Assembly: GCA_030390025.1 (NCBI GenBank) | Contig: CM059433.1 | Span: forward strand, 30,444,001-30,508,000 | Direction of reading: 5' to 3' | DNA from: Squalus acanthias | Taxonomy: Eukaryota | DNA length: 64,000 bases | Part shown: one piece after another, positions 50,334 to 61,718 of the stretch | Numbering within the stretch: position 1 is the first letter of the stretch | Layout: every line of letters begins with the position of its first letter | Translations under genes and position numbers: made by a program | Notes under the pieces: generated by a model | Told to the model about the DNA's origin: nothing | What the model saw: only the letters and a program-made list of their open reading frames with translations | The model's database searches: none

Positions 50334-51022
50334 AGGCAGAGTAGTAGGCGCAGGCAGGTAGTGCAAGGGTCCCCTGTGGCCATCCCCCTCTCAAACAGAT
50401 ATACCGCTTTGGATATTGTTGGGGGAGATGGCTTATCGGGGAAGGCAGCAGCAGCCAACTTCCTGGCACCATGGGTGGTTCTGCTGCACAGGACGGGAGG
50501 AAAAAGAGCGGGAGAGTTATAGTGATAGGGGATTCTATTGTAAGGGGAATAGATAGGCGTTTCTGCGGCCGCAAACGAGACTCCTTGATGGTATGTTGCC
50601 TTCCTGGTGCAAGGGTCAAGGATGTCTCGGAGCGGCTGCAGGGCATTCTGGAGGGGGAGGGTGAACAGCCAGCTGTCGTGGTGCAGATAGGTACCAACGA
50701 TATAGGTAAAAAATGGGATGAGGTCCTAAAAGCTGAATATAGGGAGTTAGGAGGTAAATTAAAAAATAGGACCTCAAAGGTAGTAATCTCAGGATTGCTA
50801 CCAGTGCCACGTGCTAGTCAGAGTAGAAATAGAAGGATATTTCAGATGAATACGTGGCTAGAGGAATGGTGCAAGGGGGAGGGATTCAAATTCCCAGGAC
50901 ATTGGAACCGGTTCTGGGGGAGGTGGGACCAGTACAAACTGGAAGGTTTGCACCTGAGCAGGACCGGGACTGATGTCCTAGGGGGAGTGTTTGCTAGTGC
51001 TGTTGGGGAGGGTTTAAACTAA
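50334..51022 (+). CDS. CR1 ORF1p C-terminal part with SGNH/GDSL esterase domain
   Basis: Motifs LSNRYTAL, VIVIGDSIVRG, CLPGARVKD, IGTND, EGLHL; ends GLN*. Confidence 0.9.
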
Positions 51023-54004
51023 AATGGCAGGGGGTTGGGAACCTGTGCAGGGAAACAGAGGAAAGGGAAGCAAGGATAGAAAGAAAAGACAGGAAGGAGA
51101 AAAGCAAAAGTGGAAGGCAGAGAAATCAAGGGTGTAAATCAAACAGGGCCACAGTAAATAATAATTCTAAAAGGACTAAGAGTGTTAAAAAAACAAGCCT
51201 GAAGGCTTTGTGTCTTAATGCGAGGAGCATTCGTAATACGGTGGATGAATTAGCTGCACAAATAGATGTAAACGGATATGATATAATTGGGATTACGGAG
51301 ACATGGCTCCAGGGTGCCCAAGGCTGGGAATTCAACATCCAGGGGTATTCAATATTCAGGAAGGACAGGCAAAAAGGAAAAGGAGGTGGGATAGCATTGC
51401 TGGTTAAAGAGGAGATTAACACAATAGTAAGGAAGGATATTAGCTCTGATGATGCGGAATCTGTATGGGTAGAACTCAGAAATACCAAGGGGCAGAAAAC
51501 GTTAGTGGGAGTTGTATACAGACCCCCAAACAGTAATGCTGAGGTTGGGGATGGCATTAAACGGGAAATTAGAGACGCATGCAATAAGGGCACAGCAGTT
51601 ATCATGGGTGACTTTAATCTACATATAGATTGGGCTAACCAAATTAGTAACAATACTGTGGAGGAGGAATTCCTAGAGTGTATACGGGATGGTTTCCTGG
51701 ACCAATATGTTGAGGAACCAACTAGAGATCAGGCCATCTTAGACTGGGTATTATGTAATGAGAAAGGATTAATTAGCAATCTTGTTGTGCGAGGCCCCTT
51801 GGGGAGGAGCAATCATAAGTTGATAGAATTCTTCATTAAGATGGAGAGTGACGTAGTTGACTCAGAGACTAGGGTCCTGAATTTAAATAAAGGAAACTAC
51901 GATGGTATGAGGCACGAATTGGGTAGGATTGATTGGGGAATGTCACTCAAAGGGTTGATGGTGGATAGGCAATGGCAAACATTCAAAGACTGCATGGATG
52001 AACTACAGAATTTGTTCATCCCTGTCTGGCATAAAAATAAAACAAAAACGGTGGCGCAACTGTGGCTAAAAAGGGACATTAGTGATAGCATAAGATCCAA
52101 GGAGAGGACATATAAATTGGCCAGAAAAAGCAGCAAACCTGAGGATTGGGAACAGTTTAGGATTCAGCAAAGGAGGACAAAAGGATTAATTAAGAGGGGG
52201 AAAATAGAGTATCAGAGTAAGCTAGCGTGGAACATAAAACTGACTGTAAAAGCTTCTATAGATATGTGAAGAGAAAACGATTGGTGAAGTCAAGCGTAGG
52301 TCCCTTGCAGTCAGAATCAGGGGAATTTATAAAGGGGAAAAAAGAAATGGCTGACCAATTAAATACATACTTTGGTTCTGTCTTCACAAAGGAGGACACA
52401 AATAAACTCCCAGCGATGTCGGGGAATATAGGGTCTAATGAGAGGGAGGAACTGAATGAAATCAGTATTTGTAGGGAAATGGTGTTTGGGAAATTGATAG
52501 GATTGAAGGCCGATAAATCCCCAGGGCCTGACAATCTACATCCTAGGGTACTTAAGGAAGTGGCCCTAGAAATAGTAGATGCATTGCTGGTCATCTTCCA
52601 AAATTCTATAAACTCTGGCACAGTTCCCATGAATTGGAGGGTAGCTAATGTAACCCCACTATTTAAAAAAGTTGGTAGAGAGAAAACGGGGAATTATAGA
52701 CCGGTAAGCCTGACATAGGTAGTGGGGAAAATGCTAGAGTCCATTATAAAAGATGTAATAGCAGAGCACTTGGAAAACAGTGACAGGATCGGACAAAGTC
52801 AACACGGATTTACAAAAGGTAAATCGTGCTTGACTAATCTACTGGAATGTTTTGAGGATGTAACTGGTAGAATAGATAAGGGAGAACCAGTGGATGTGGT
52901 GTATTTGGACTTTCAGAAGGCTTTCGATAAGGTCCCGCATAAGAGATTGGCGTGCAAAGTTAAAGCACATGGGATTGGGGGTAAGGTACTGACTTGGATA
53001 GAGAACTGGTTGGCAGACAGGAAGCAAAGAGTTGGAATAAACGGGTCTTTTTCCGAGTGGCAGGCAGTGACTAGTGGGGTACCGCAGGGATCGGTGCTAG
53101 GACCCCAGTTATTCACAATATATATTAATGATCTAGATGAGGGAACTAGATGTAATATCTCCAAGTTTGCAGACGACACAAAGCTGGGTGGGCGTGTGTG
53201 CTGTGAGGAGTATGCAGAGAAACTCCAGTATGATTTGGACAGGTTGGGTGATTGGGCAGATGCATGGCAGATGCAGTATAATGTGGATAAATGCGAGGTT
53301 ATCACTTTGGTGGTAAAAAGAGGAAGGCAGATTATTATCTGAACGGCAATAGATTGGGAGAAGGGGAAGTGCAATGAGACCTGGGTGTCCTTGTGCACCA
53401 GTCGCTGAAGGTAAGCATGCAGGTGCAGCAGGCGGTTAAGAAGGCAAATGGTATGTTGGTCTTCATAGCGAGAGGATTCGTGTACAGGAGCAAGGATGTC
53501 TTGCTGCAGTTGTACAGGGCATTGGTGAGACCACACCTTGAGTATTGTGTGCAGTTTTGGTCGCCTTATCTGAGGAAGGATGTTCTTGCCATGGAGGGAG
53601 TGCAGCGAAGATTCAACAGACTGATACCTGGGATGGCAGGAATGACATATGAAGAGAGATTGGGTCGATTAGGCTTATATTCGCTAGAGTTTAGAAGAAT
53701 GAGAGGGGATCTCATTGAAACTTATAAAATTCTAACAGGACTAGACAGACTAGATGCAGGAAGGATGTTCCCGATGGCGGGGGAGTCCAGAACCAGAGGT
53801 CACAGCCTAAGGATAAGGGGTAAGCCATTTAGGACTGTGATGAGGAGGAATTTCTTCACCCAGAGAGTGGTAAACCTGTGGAATTCTCTACCACAGAAGG
53901 CAGTTGAGGCCAATTCATTAAATATATTCAAGAAGGAGTTAGATACATTTCTTAAGGCTAAAGGGATCAAGGGATATGGGGAGAAAGCAGGGACAGGGTA
54001 CTGA
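51013..54004 (+). pseudogene. CR1 ORF2: AP endonuclease plus reverse transcriptase (frameshifts near 52245 and 53305, stop at 52716)
   Basis: [56 protein letters not shown]. Confidence 0.93.
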
Positions 54005-54584
54005 ATTTAGATGATCAGCCATGATCTCATTAAATGGTGGAGCAGGCTCGAGGGGCCGAATGGCCTACTCCTGCTCCTATCTTCTATGTTTCTATGTTCC
54101 CCAAGGCCTGGGAAACCCGATCAGCCAGAGTTAAATTTGAAATGGGGGATCACCATGAGGCACGGAGCCTCATTATAATATCTAAATAGGCGACCCGCCT
54201 CCTGGGATCGGATTGGTTGCCCGCTCCTGTTAAAACCGGAAGTGGGTGGATTTGGGTCGTGATGCAGTTTTTTTTTAACACTTTAACCTCCCACTCGACC
54301 CCAACCCACCCATTTTTGGAGTTAAAATTTCCCCCTTTTTTTTAGTGAAATGGCTGCATTTTCTCTTCATAAATCGAGGTAAAATAAAGCCCGCTGATTG
54401 ATTCTCAGAAACCTTTCCAAAATTAAAAATAGATTATTTCTGTGCTCCATCTTTTCCTTTATTAACATTCATCCTTTTATGGGATGTATTTATCCACTTG
54501 GAACAGAGCAGACCATTTTAAGGGCTGACTTCCGTAAGCTCCTAGATTTAAGTCTTGTTGTGTCTTTATTTTTGACACAGTGGA

Positions 54585-54988
54585 TATAACCTCCACTTTA
54601 AACATTCACTCCCTCCACCACCGGTGCACCGTGGCTGCAGGGTGTACCGTCTTCAAGATGCATTGCAGCAACTCGCCAAGGCTTCTTCGACAGCACCTCC
54701 CAAACCCGCGACCTCTACCGCCTAGAAGGACAAGAGCAATAGGTGCATGGGAAACTGTCACCTCTAAGTTCCCCTCCAAGTCACACACCATCCTGACTTG
54801 GAAATATATTGCCGTTCCTTCATCATCGCTGGGTTAAAATCCTGGAACTTCCTACCCAACAGCACTGTGGGAACACCTTCACCATACGATCTACAGCGGT
54901 TTGAGAAAAAGCCCACCACCACCTTCTCAAGGGCAACTAGGTATGCTGGCCTTGCTAGCCCATCCTGAGAATGAATAATAATAAAAAG
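54585..54988 (+). mobile_element. 3' fragment of the tRNA-headed LINE family
   Basis: Matches 20860-21279. Confidence 0.82.
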
Positions 54989-55989
54989 TTAAATCGAAGG
55001 AGAAAAACTAGGTGCTGGGACAGCAAATGGCAGGATTTTGTACAATAAAAATGCATCAAATAACATCAACTTTGCATCATCATGAATAAAGAACGTCACC
55101 CATTTACAATGGTTAAAAAGCAGCTGTTGCAGATTTATGAGCTCGGTAAACAGTGGGGAGTGCAGTGACAGCACAGACATCACAACACTGTTCATGTGAG
55201 CTCCTAGTTTACTTGATGTTCCTTTACAGAATACATTAGATCTAAAGATTAGCATTAAAACGGGGAAATGCCGAATTAGAAGAATCAGCGTTCCCATTCC
55301 CAATCACTATCCAGTGAGCCCGCCTGGACAAAGTTTAGGGCCAAGCTGAGGCTCCATCCGTTATATCCTGCTGACACTCAGTGTCTAGGCTCACACAGGA
55401 AGACGCCCCACTTGATTGAGGCACCAGAGGGATGCTGATGGCTGTGGAGTTGTACCCCATGATGAGGCACCAGTTTTTTAAATTGGTGGACGATTTGTTC
55501 TCTATCCCCAGTTGCCCTAAGAAGATGGTGGTGTATTTTGCGGGAAGGAAGAAAATTGGATTAAAAAAAATCAGTACACCCATCTATATTAAATATTTTA
55601 CATCTTCATGCCTGAAAAAGCTTATTTGTTGTTGTACACTTCTGTGTCAATTTTTTTCATTATGAATTCTATCCACATTTATAAGGGAAACTGCCTATGT
55701 AAACCTGTCACGCTGTAATTACACCCTCCCACCACTGGTGGCGCTGCAGCACCTGAACCTCTCAGCTTGTACCGCAGAGAAACGCGTATGCTTCAATCCA
55801 CTCTACTTCACTGCTTCTCAGGTTGCCCAAAGTTCTGCCATAAAAGATCAACTAACTAGAAATTATCTACGTATTATATTAAAATGACAGAATGCATGAC
55901 TTTAAAAAGGGGACCGAATTACGGCTGGTCCAATTTATCCCCACCCTTTAACACAGCTTCACTTGAAGACCATCAAGCGATTCACCACC

Positions 55990-56226
55990 TATGAAGTACT
56001 TTTGAAGTTTAGTCACTGTTGTAATGTGGGGAACGTGGCAGCAAATTTACGCACAGCAAGGTCCCACAAACAGCAATGAGATAGATGACCAGATAATCTG
56101 TTTTAGTGGTGGTGGTTGAGGGATAAATGTTGGCCAGGACATTGGGAAACTCCCCTGCTCATCTTTGAAAAGTGCTGTGGTATCTTTTACGTCCACTGGA
56201 GAGGCCTCGGTTTAACCTCTCATCCC
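55990..56226 (-). mobile_element. Deu-domain SINE fragment
   Basis: Collinear with 23890-24140. Confidence 0.8.
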
Positions 56227-56459
56227 TAATAGTACTTGTTACATCTTGAAAACACATCTATTTGTAGTGAAAAAATTAGATTCATGTCAAACCCACTGCA
56301 TTGTTGCTGTTTGTATTGTCTTCTGTATTTGTATACCTTAACTGGGTCCAAAGTGACAAAACATAAATGAACCCCAGGACAATGGATTCCACTTCTCATT
56401 TCTTCTATTGCCATGTTCTGTCCAATGTTACCTTTTTGCTGTTATATCAATTCTTATGA

Positions 56460-56850
56460 ACATACGAACATACAAAAATGATGGGCAGGAAAAGACCTGG
56501 TCCATCAAGCCTACCCCACACCATGATGGCTCGACAATCATGGCTAAACACTCCTTCCCCAACCCCCCACCCCTGCCCCAGTCAGGAATGGGTCCAGCTC
56601 CCTATTGAAGGCAGGCAGAGAGTCAGCACCAACCACACCAGCCAGCAACACATTCCAGAGACTCACTACTCCGGGAAAAGAAGAACCGCCCAACATCCAG
56701 TCTATTCCTACTCTTACAGAGTTTAAACTCATGTCCCTGGTCCTCCCCAATCTGTCAAACTGGACGCTATCCAGCCCTTTCATTATTATATATACATCTA
56801 TCAGATCACCTCGAAGTCTACGCTGCTCGAAAGTAAATAGACTCATTCGA
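56460..56850 (-). mobile_element. Old CR1 3' fragment
   Basis: RRLRGDLIDVYIIMKG motif. Confidence 0.7.
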
Positions 56851-57570
56851 TCCCTATTTCCAAGCTGAGTGTCACGGTCAATTGCCGTTCACCGTCACAT
56901 CTTACACTGAATGTTCAGGCACTCACACTTTATCGTGACAGTTTAATAAGATGTAAATATTCCCAACTCCACCCAGATGGTGTCATCACAGTCTCCACAA
57001 AGCTGCAGCTACACTAAGAAAAAGTGACTGAATTATTATATGGTAATTTATTACAAGCCAATAATTTTTTTTTTAAATACCTCCATTTCTTTGTTAGTTC
57101 CTTCTCTTAGATCTTCACTAGAGAAGAGGATGTTGCCAATGTAACACTAAAGGAGGAGGCAGTAGCGATATTGGATAGAATAAAAATAGATAAAGAGGAG
57201 GTACTGATACACCAGGCCACTGATGTATATACAGCTCACTGCTGTATTTTATATAATTCTGTGCCAAGCAAACAAACATTTCCAATAAACAGAGTCCTTC
57301 ACATATTCACACAATTAGTGACAAGTAGCACAACAAAATTGAAATGAAGAGATTGAAAGGAAGAAGATGAGCAGTTCTTTTATATTCCAGGGTTTGCTTT
57401 GATGTATTATCCTCAGCAATGGGTTTTTTCCCCCCAAGGAGAATTTTGTGTTTGCAATATTTCAGGAAGTCTTAGATTTCCACTAAACAAACCATTTAAA
57501 AAATTGTAAACTCTTTCAATAAGAAAATATGTTTGGCTTCTTAAAATACAGGGAAAGTAAAATAAACAGT

Positions 57571-58324
57571 GGGCCAGAAATTCGGCTCTCCGGCTTCCCG
57601 CGGGTGCAAGGATCGCGCGCGTACTTACCTACCGCGCCTGCTGTTGTGCTTCGGGCCCACGAGGACTTCAGCTCCTGGGCCTCCTGCAGCTGCCGGCGCG
57701 CAGTGTTTGCGTATCCCAGAGGCGCAGTTAGTTCGAAGCGTCCCCTGGGATCACGTGGGCCATGGAGAGCCAATCGGAGCAGGGAATCTCCATTCATAGA
57801 TTTTGGCAGGAAGACCTGTCAAATCTATGAATAGAGATCGGCCCCAAAACCTCACTTAAAACTTCAAATAAATTTAAAAAAAAATCACATTTTTAAAATA
57901 ACTATAAATTACATAAATTAACTACTTTAAACAAAAATTTAAATTTTTGAAAAAATTAATTACACTTTTTAACAGTGCTAAAAATAAACTTACCTTTCTT
58001 TAAAGTATGTAAAAAAGATAAATCTGTTGAAAAAATGTTTAAATTGTACTTAATTCACCACTTACCTTGTTAAAAGCAGGCCTTGCGCCTCCTTTTTTCC
58101 TGTGCAGCTTCTCTGTACTTACCCTCACTCCAAAACCTGTAAAAAAAATGGAATTTCGCTGCGTGTGCGCTGCCTCTCCGGCGTACGTGGTTGACCCTCG
58201 AACCCCTTCTTTCACAAGACTGGAAGTTCCGGTTTCCCGTGCATGCGCGAAACCAGCACTTCTGGTGGCCCTACGGATGAGTACACAGCACGTACTCACC
58301 CGTGGAGACCCGAATTTCTGCCCC
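57571..58324 (-). mobile_element. PIF/Harbinger-type MITE, family A, inverted
   Basis: TIRs GGGCCAGAAATTCG / CGAATTTCTGCCCC; flanks AGT/ATT; antisense-collinear with 41672-42334. Confidence 0.87.
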
Positions 58325-58384
58325 ATTAATGCAGCTGAGGGAATTTAAATATTTCCTGATGATGTTTTATAGCTTACATTATTA

Positions 58385-58583
58385 CATAGAAACAGGCCAT
58401 TCAGCCCAACTGGTCCATGCCAATGTTTAAGCTCTACACGAGCCTCCTCCCACCCTACTTCATCTCACCCTATCAGCATATCCTTCTATTCCTTTCTCCC
58501 TCTTGTGCTTATCCAGCTTCCCCTTAAATGCATCTACGCTGTTCGCCTCAACCACTCCATGTGGTAGCGAGTTCCACATTCTA
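58385..58583 (-). mobile_element. CR1 3' tail fragment
   Basis: Antisense to 62880-63075. Confidence 0.75.
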
Positions 58584-59677
58584 AGCACAGTTAAGTGCAC
58601 GAATGACTTACCGCACTGTGATTGAAGTCAGCTGGTCAGCATGAATTCTTTGATTGGCAGATACCTTCAATGCCTTTTGGGACCAACCACATCCAAGTTT
58701 TACTGTAGGTTTTCCATCAAGGAGAAACAGATGAAGGAATTGGCTTCCGAAATTTTCTTCCGTGCCTAGAAATGCAATTAGTTTGTTATTAATTTAAAAA
58801 AAAATCTTTATTGTGCAGATATGAAAGAGAAGCAGTAATGCCCATGTTTTAAAAGGCAAATGCCCTGCTTGGGAAGGGTCACAGTTTGACAACACAGTAA
58901 TATTCATTCAACTCCAAAAGTGCTCCGAGATGTTTCAATGAGATAAGGCATGGCAGAAGTAGAAGTATTACCATTACACTGGATAATACAGGAAGTTCTG
59001 CACTTGGAGTGCAAATTTCCAAAACCAACTCCAACTGTTTTTGGTGACTTAAAGCGTGTGGCCACCCGATTTTACAACAGCTATGTAACTATAGCAGCGA
59101 CATCAATACATAGCATCGCCCAGATAAATAATCAGTACATTATGCCAATATCCTTAGCACACTGGCCATTCACCAGCACGGCCTAGTTGTCAATTGAACC
59201 AGACTGATCTTCTATCTGCTGGTTGAATAAATCCGACATGAAATGAAATGAGGGACTCTGCATCTAATTCCTAGTGGGCATAGACGCAGAGCACAAAAGC
59301 TCCTCTAATTTGACACCAATTAGCTCTAACTCAGCAGTCTCACTCGCAGGCCACAGGATGGTTTGTGTGAGAAGTGGAAAAATGTGGCATTGGTGTTAAC
59401 AGAGTCTGAGCTTTGTGCTGAGGCCCATTAGTGGAACAGTGTTAAGGGAGCTGTAGCTGTCTCTTACTGTGCTATACCTGACCGGGGAGGGCTCGCTGTT
59501 GACACTGGGTACTTGAAATGGAAAAGTGTCTCATTCCCCAGCATTAAAACCCCTCAGTATTAAAAAAAATGTTGGAAAAAAGCATTAGTGTGCAGTATTG
59601 ATTAACACACCAAGGTTACAGTGAATGATGCATGAGCTATGACAAAGCAGATAAATTCACTAAGTCACTGTGAGTTA

Positions 59678-60030
59678 ACATAGGAACTAGAGTAGACCAT
59701 TCAGCCGCTTGAGCCTGTTCCGCCATTCATGGAGATCATGGCTGATCTGTATCTTAACTTCATCTACCTGCCTTGGTTCCGTAACCCTTAATACCCTTGC
59801 CTAACAAAAATCTATCAATCTCAGTTTGAAATTTTCAATTGATCCCCAGCCGCGACAGCTTTTTGAGGGAGAGAGTTCCAGATTTCCGCTACCCATTGTT
59901 TGAAGAAGTGCTTCCTGACATCACCCCTCAACGGCCCATCTCTAATTTTAAGGTTGTGCCCCCTTGTTCTGGACTCCCCCACCAGAGGAAATAGTTTATC
60001 TCTATCTACCATATCAACTGCTTTAATTAT
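59678..60030 (-). mobile_element. CR1 3' fragment
   Basis: Collinear with 1-310. Confidence 0.85.
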
Positions 60031-60031
60031 T

Positions 60032-60322
60032 GGGGGTGTGGTAGCATAGTAATGTTCTTTAGGGAAGGAAACACGCTCTCCTTACCCGGTCTGGTCTATA
60101 TGTGACTCCAGATCCACAGCAATGTGGTTGAGTCTTAACTTCCCTCTGAAATGGTCTAGCAAGCCACTCAGTTGTATCAAAACCATAACAAAAAAGTCAC
60201 CAAACGGACTGCAGTGGTTCAAGAAGGCGGCTTACCACCACCTTCTCAAGGGCAATTAGGGATGGGCAATAAATGCTGGCCTTGCCAGCAACACCCACAT
60301 CCCGTGAATAAATTAAAAAAAA
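60032..60322 (+). mobile_element. Short non-autonomous derivative (SINE) of the tRNA-headed LINE
   Basis: Partial A box plus 5' UTR (matches 16918-16929 and 18468-18590) joined directly to the LINE 3' tail (matches 21160-21279). Confidence 0.75.
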
Positions 60323-60489
60323 TCATCTCAATCACGTCAATCGGATCACCACAGAAACAGGCCATTCAGCCCAACTGGTCTATGCTGGTGTTTGTGTTCC
60401 ACATGCTCATATCTTCTATACACAAGCAACCTGTCCTCAATATTTAACCCTTATAGTGATGTTATTTCATAACAAATCACTTGCCAATA

Positions 60490-61445
60490 CTTCTGACGAA
60501 AGGTCATTGACCTGAAACGGCCGGAATTTTCCCATAAAAAATGGGTGGGCTTGGAGCGTGGGGCAGTTAAATTGTTAAAAATGGGATTCCTGACCTGATC
60601 CCGCCTCCAACTTGCCACTTCCAGTTTTCCCGGAGGCGGGACGGGGGGCGGGCGACCAACCCACTCCCAGGGGGGCGTTACCTCAATTTAAATATTGTAA
60701 TGAGGCTGGAGCCTCTTTCTTCCCCCTCCATTTTGAATTTATCTGCCTGTGGACGGGTTTCACACAATTCGTGAAACCCGGCAGTTAAACCGAGGCGGGG
60801 ACTGCTGCATTGAGGAGGTAAGTGGCTTTATACCTACCTGCTGGATCCAGGGTCCCGACCATACCCAGCCCCCGCAATCGAAGACCCCCCCACAAGGCCT
60901 CCGATCACCATCGCGATTCCTGGCCGACTCCCCCGTGATACCCGATCCCCACTTGCCTGCCGATCCCGCCCCCCCCAACGATCCCCGACCATCCCCCATC
61001 GCCTGCCGATCCTCGACCTCCCCGATACCCTGCTGATCCTGCAACCCCCTGCCAATTCACTTTCCCCCCTCCCGATTCCCGACCACCTCCCGCTGATTGC
61101 CGATTGCCGACCCCCCCCCCCCGCCCTGCCGATTGCCGAACCCCCTCCTGCGATCCCTCCCCCAGATCGACCCGTCGCATCTGAGGCCTTCCCACCCGCA
61201 GCCAGCCAACCTCTCAAGCAGGCTGGCTGCGGGCGGGAAACCGAGGCCACACATTCAAATTAGGCCCTGCCGGTAAAGTCGGCAGGGCCTGCGGGAAACC
61301 CGGCCTCCTGGGTTTCCTGCCCGCCTCGGACCCCCTCACCCTGCCCCCAACCTCCCTCCCCGAAGAAAATTCCGGCCATTAACTCTGCTTCTCTCTCCAC
61401 AGATGCTGCTGTGTGTTTTCTAGCATTTTCTGTTTTTATTTCAGC
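60490..61445 (+). mobile_element. Penelope-like pseudo-LTR whose hammerhead motif is split by a MITE
   Basis: CTGACGA-A-AGGTC(ATT)GACCT-GAAAC at 60493-60518 resumes as ATTAACTCTG at 61378. Confidence 0.75.
60519..61377 (+). mobile_element. PIF/Harbinger-type MITE, family D (859 bp)
   Basis: Perfect 13-bp TIR GGCCGGAATTTTC; GGCGGG motifs; C-rich core. Confidence 0.85.
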
Positions 61446-61501
61446 ACCACACAACAGAACTGACTTAATTTCAAAATCGGTGGCTATCTGGATGGAAGGG
61501 G

Positions 61502-61718
61502 CATCCTGACTTGGAAATATATTGCCGTTCCTTCATCGTTGCTGGGTCAAAATCCTGGAACTCCCTCCCTAACAGCACTGTGGGAGTACCTTCACCTCAA
61601 GGACTGCAGTGGTTCAAGAAGGCGGCTCACCACCACCTTCTCAAAGGCAATTAGGGATGGACAGTAAATGCCGGCCTTGCCAGCAATGCCCACATCCCAG
61701 GAACGAATATAAAAAAAC
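61502..61718 (+). mobile_element. 3' fragment of the tRNA-headed LINE family
   Basis: Matches 21061-21279. Confidence 0.8.

Larger units (their letters stand above)
50334..54098 (+). mobile_element. Young near-complete CR1 LINE (truncated inside ORF1)
   Basis: ORF1 and ORF2 present with few lesions; 3' UTR; (CTATGTTT)n tail. Confidence 0.95.
49873..54335 (-). mobile_element. PIF/Harbinger-type MITE, family D, split by a CR1 insertion (50298-54098)
   Basis: TIRs GGCCGGAATTTTA / TAAAATTTCCCCC; both halves are antisense-collinear with 60519-61377. Confidence 0.75.

Noticed and set aside
51126..53536. Long minus-strand ORFs (175, 124 and 207 aa)
   Set aside because: Antisense shadows of CR1 ORF2; the same applies to those over other LINE copies.
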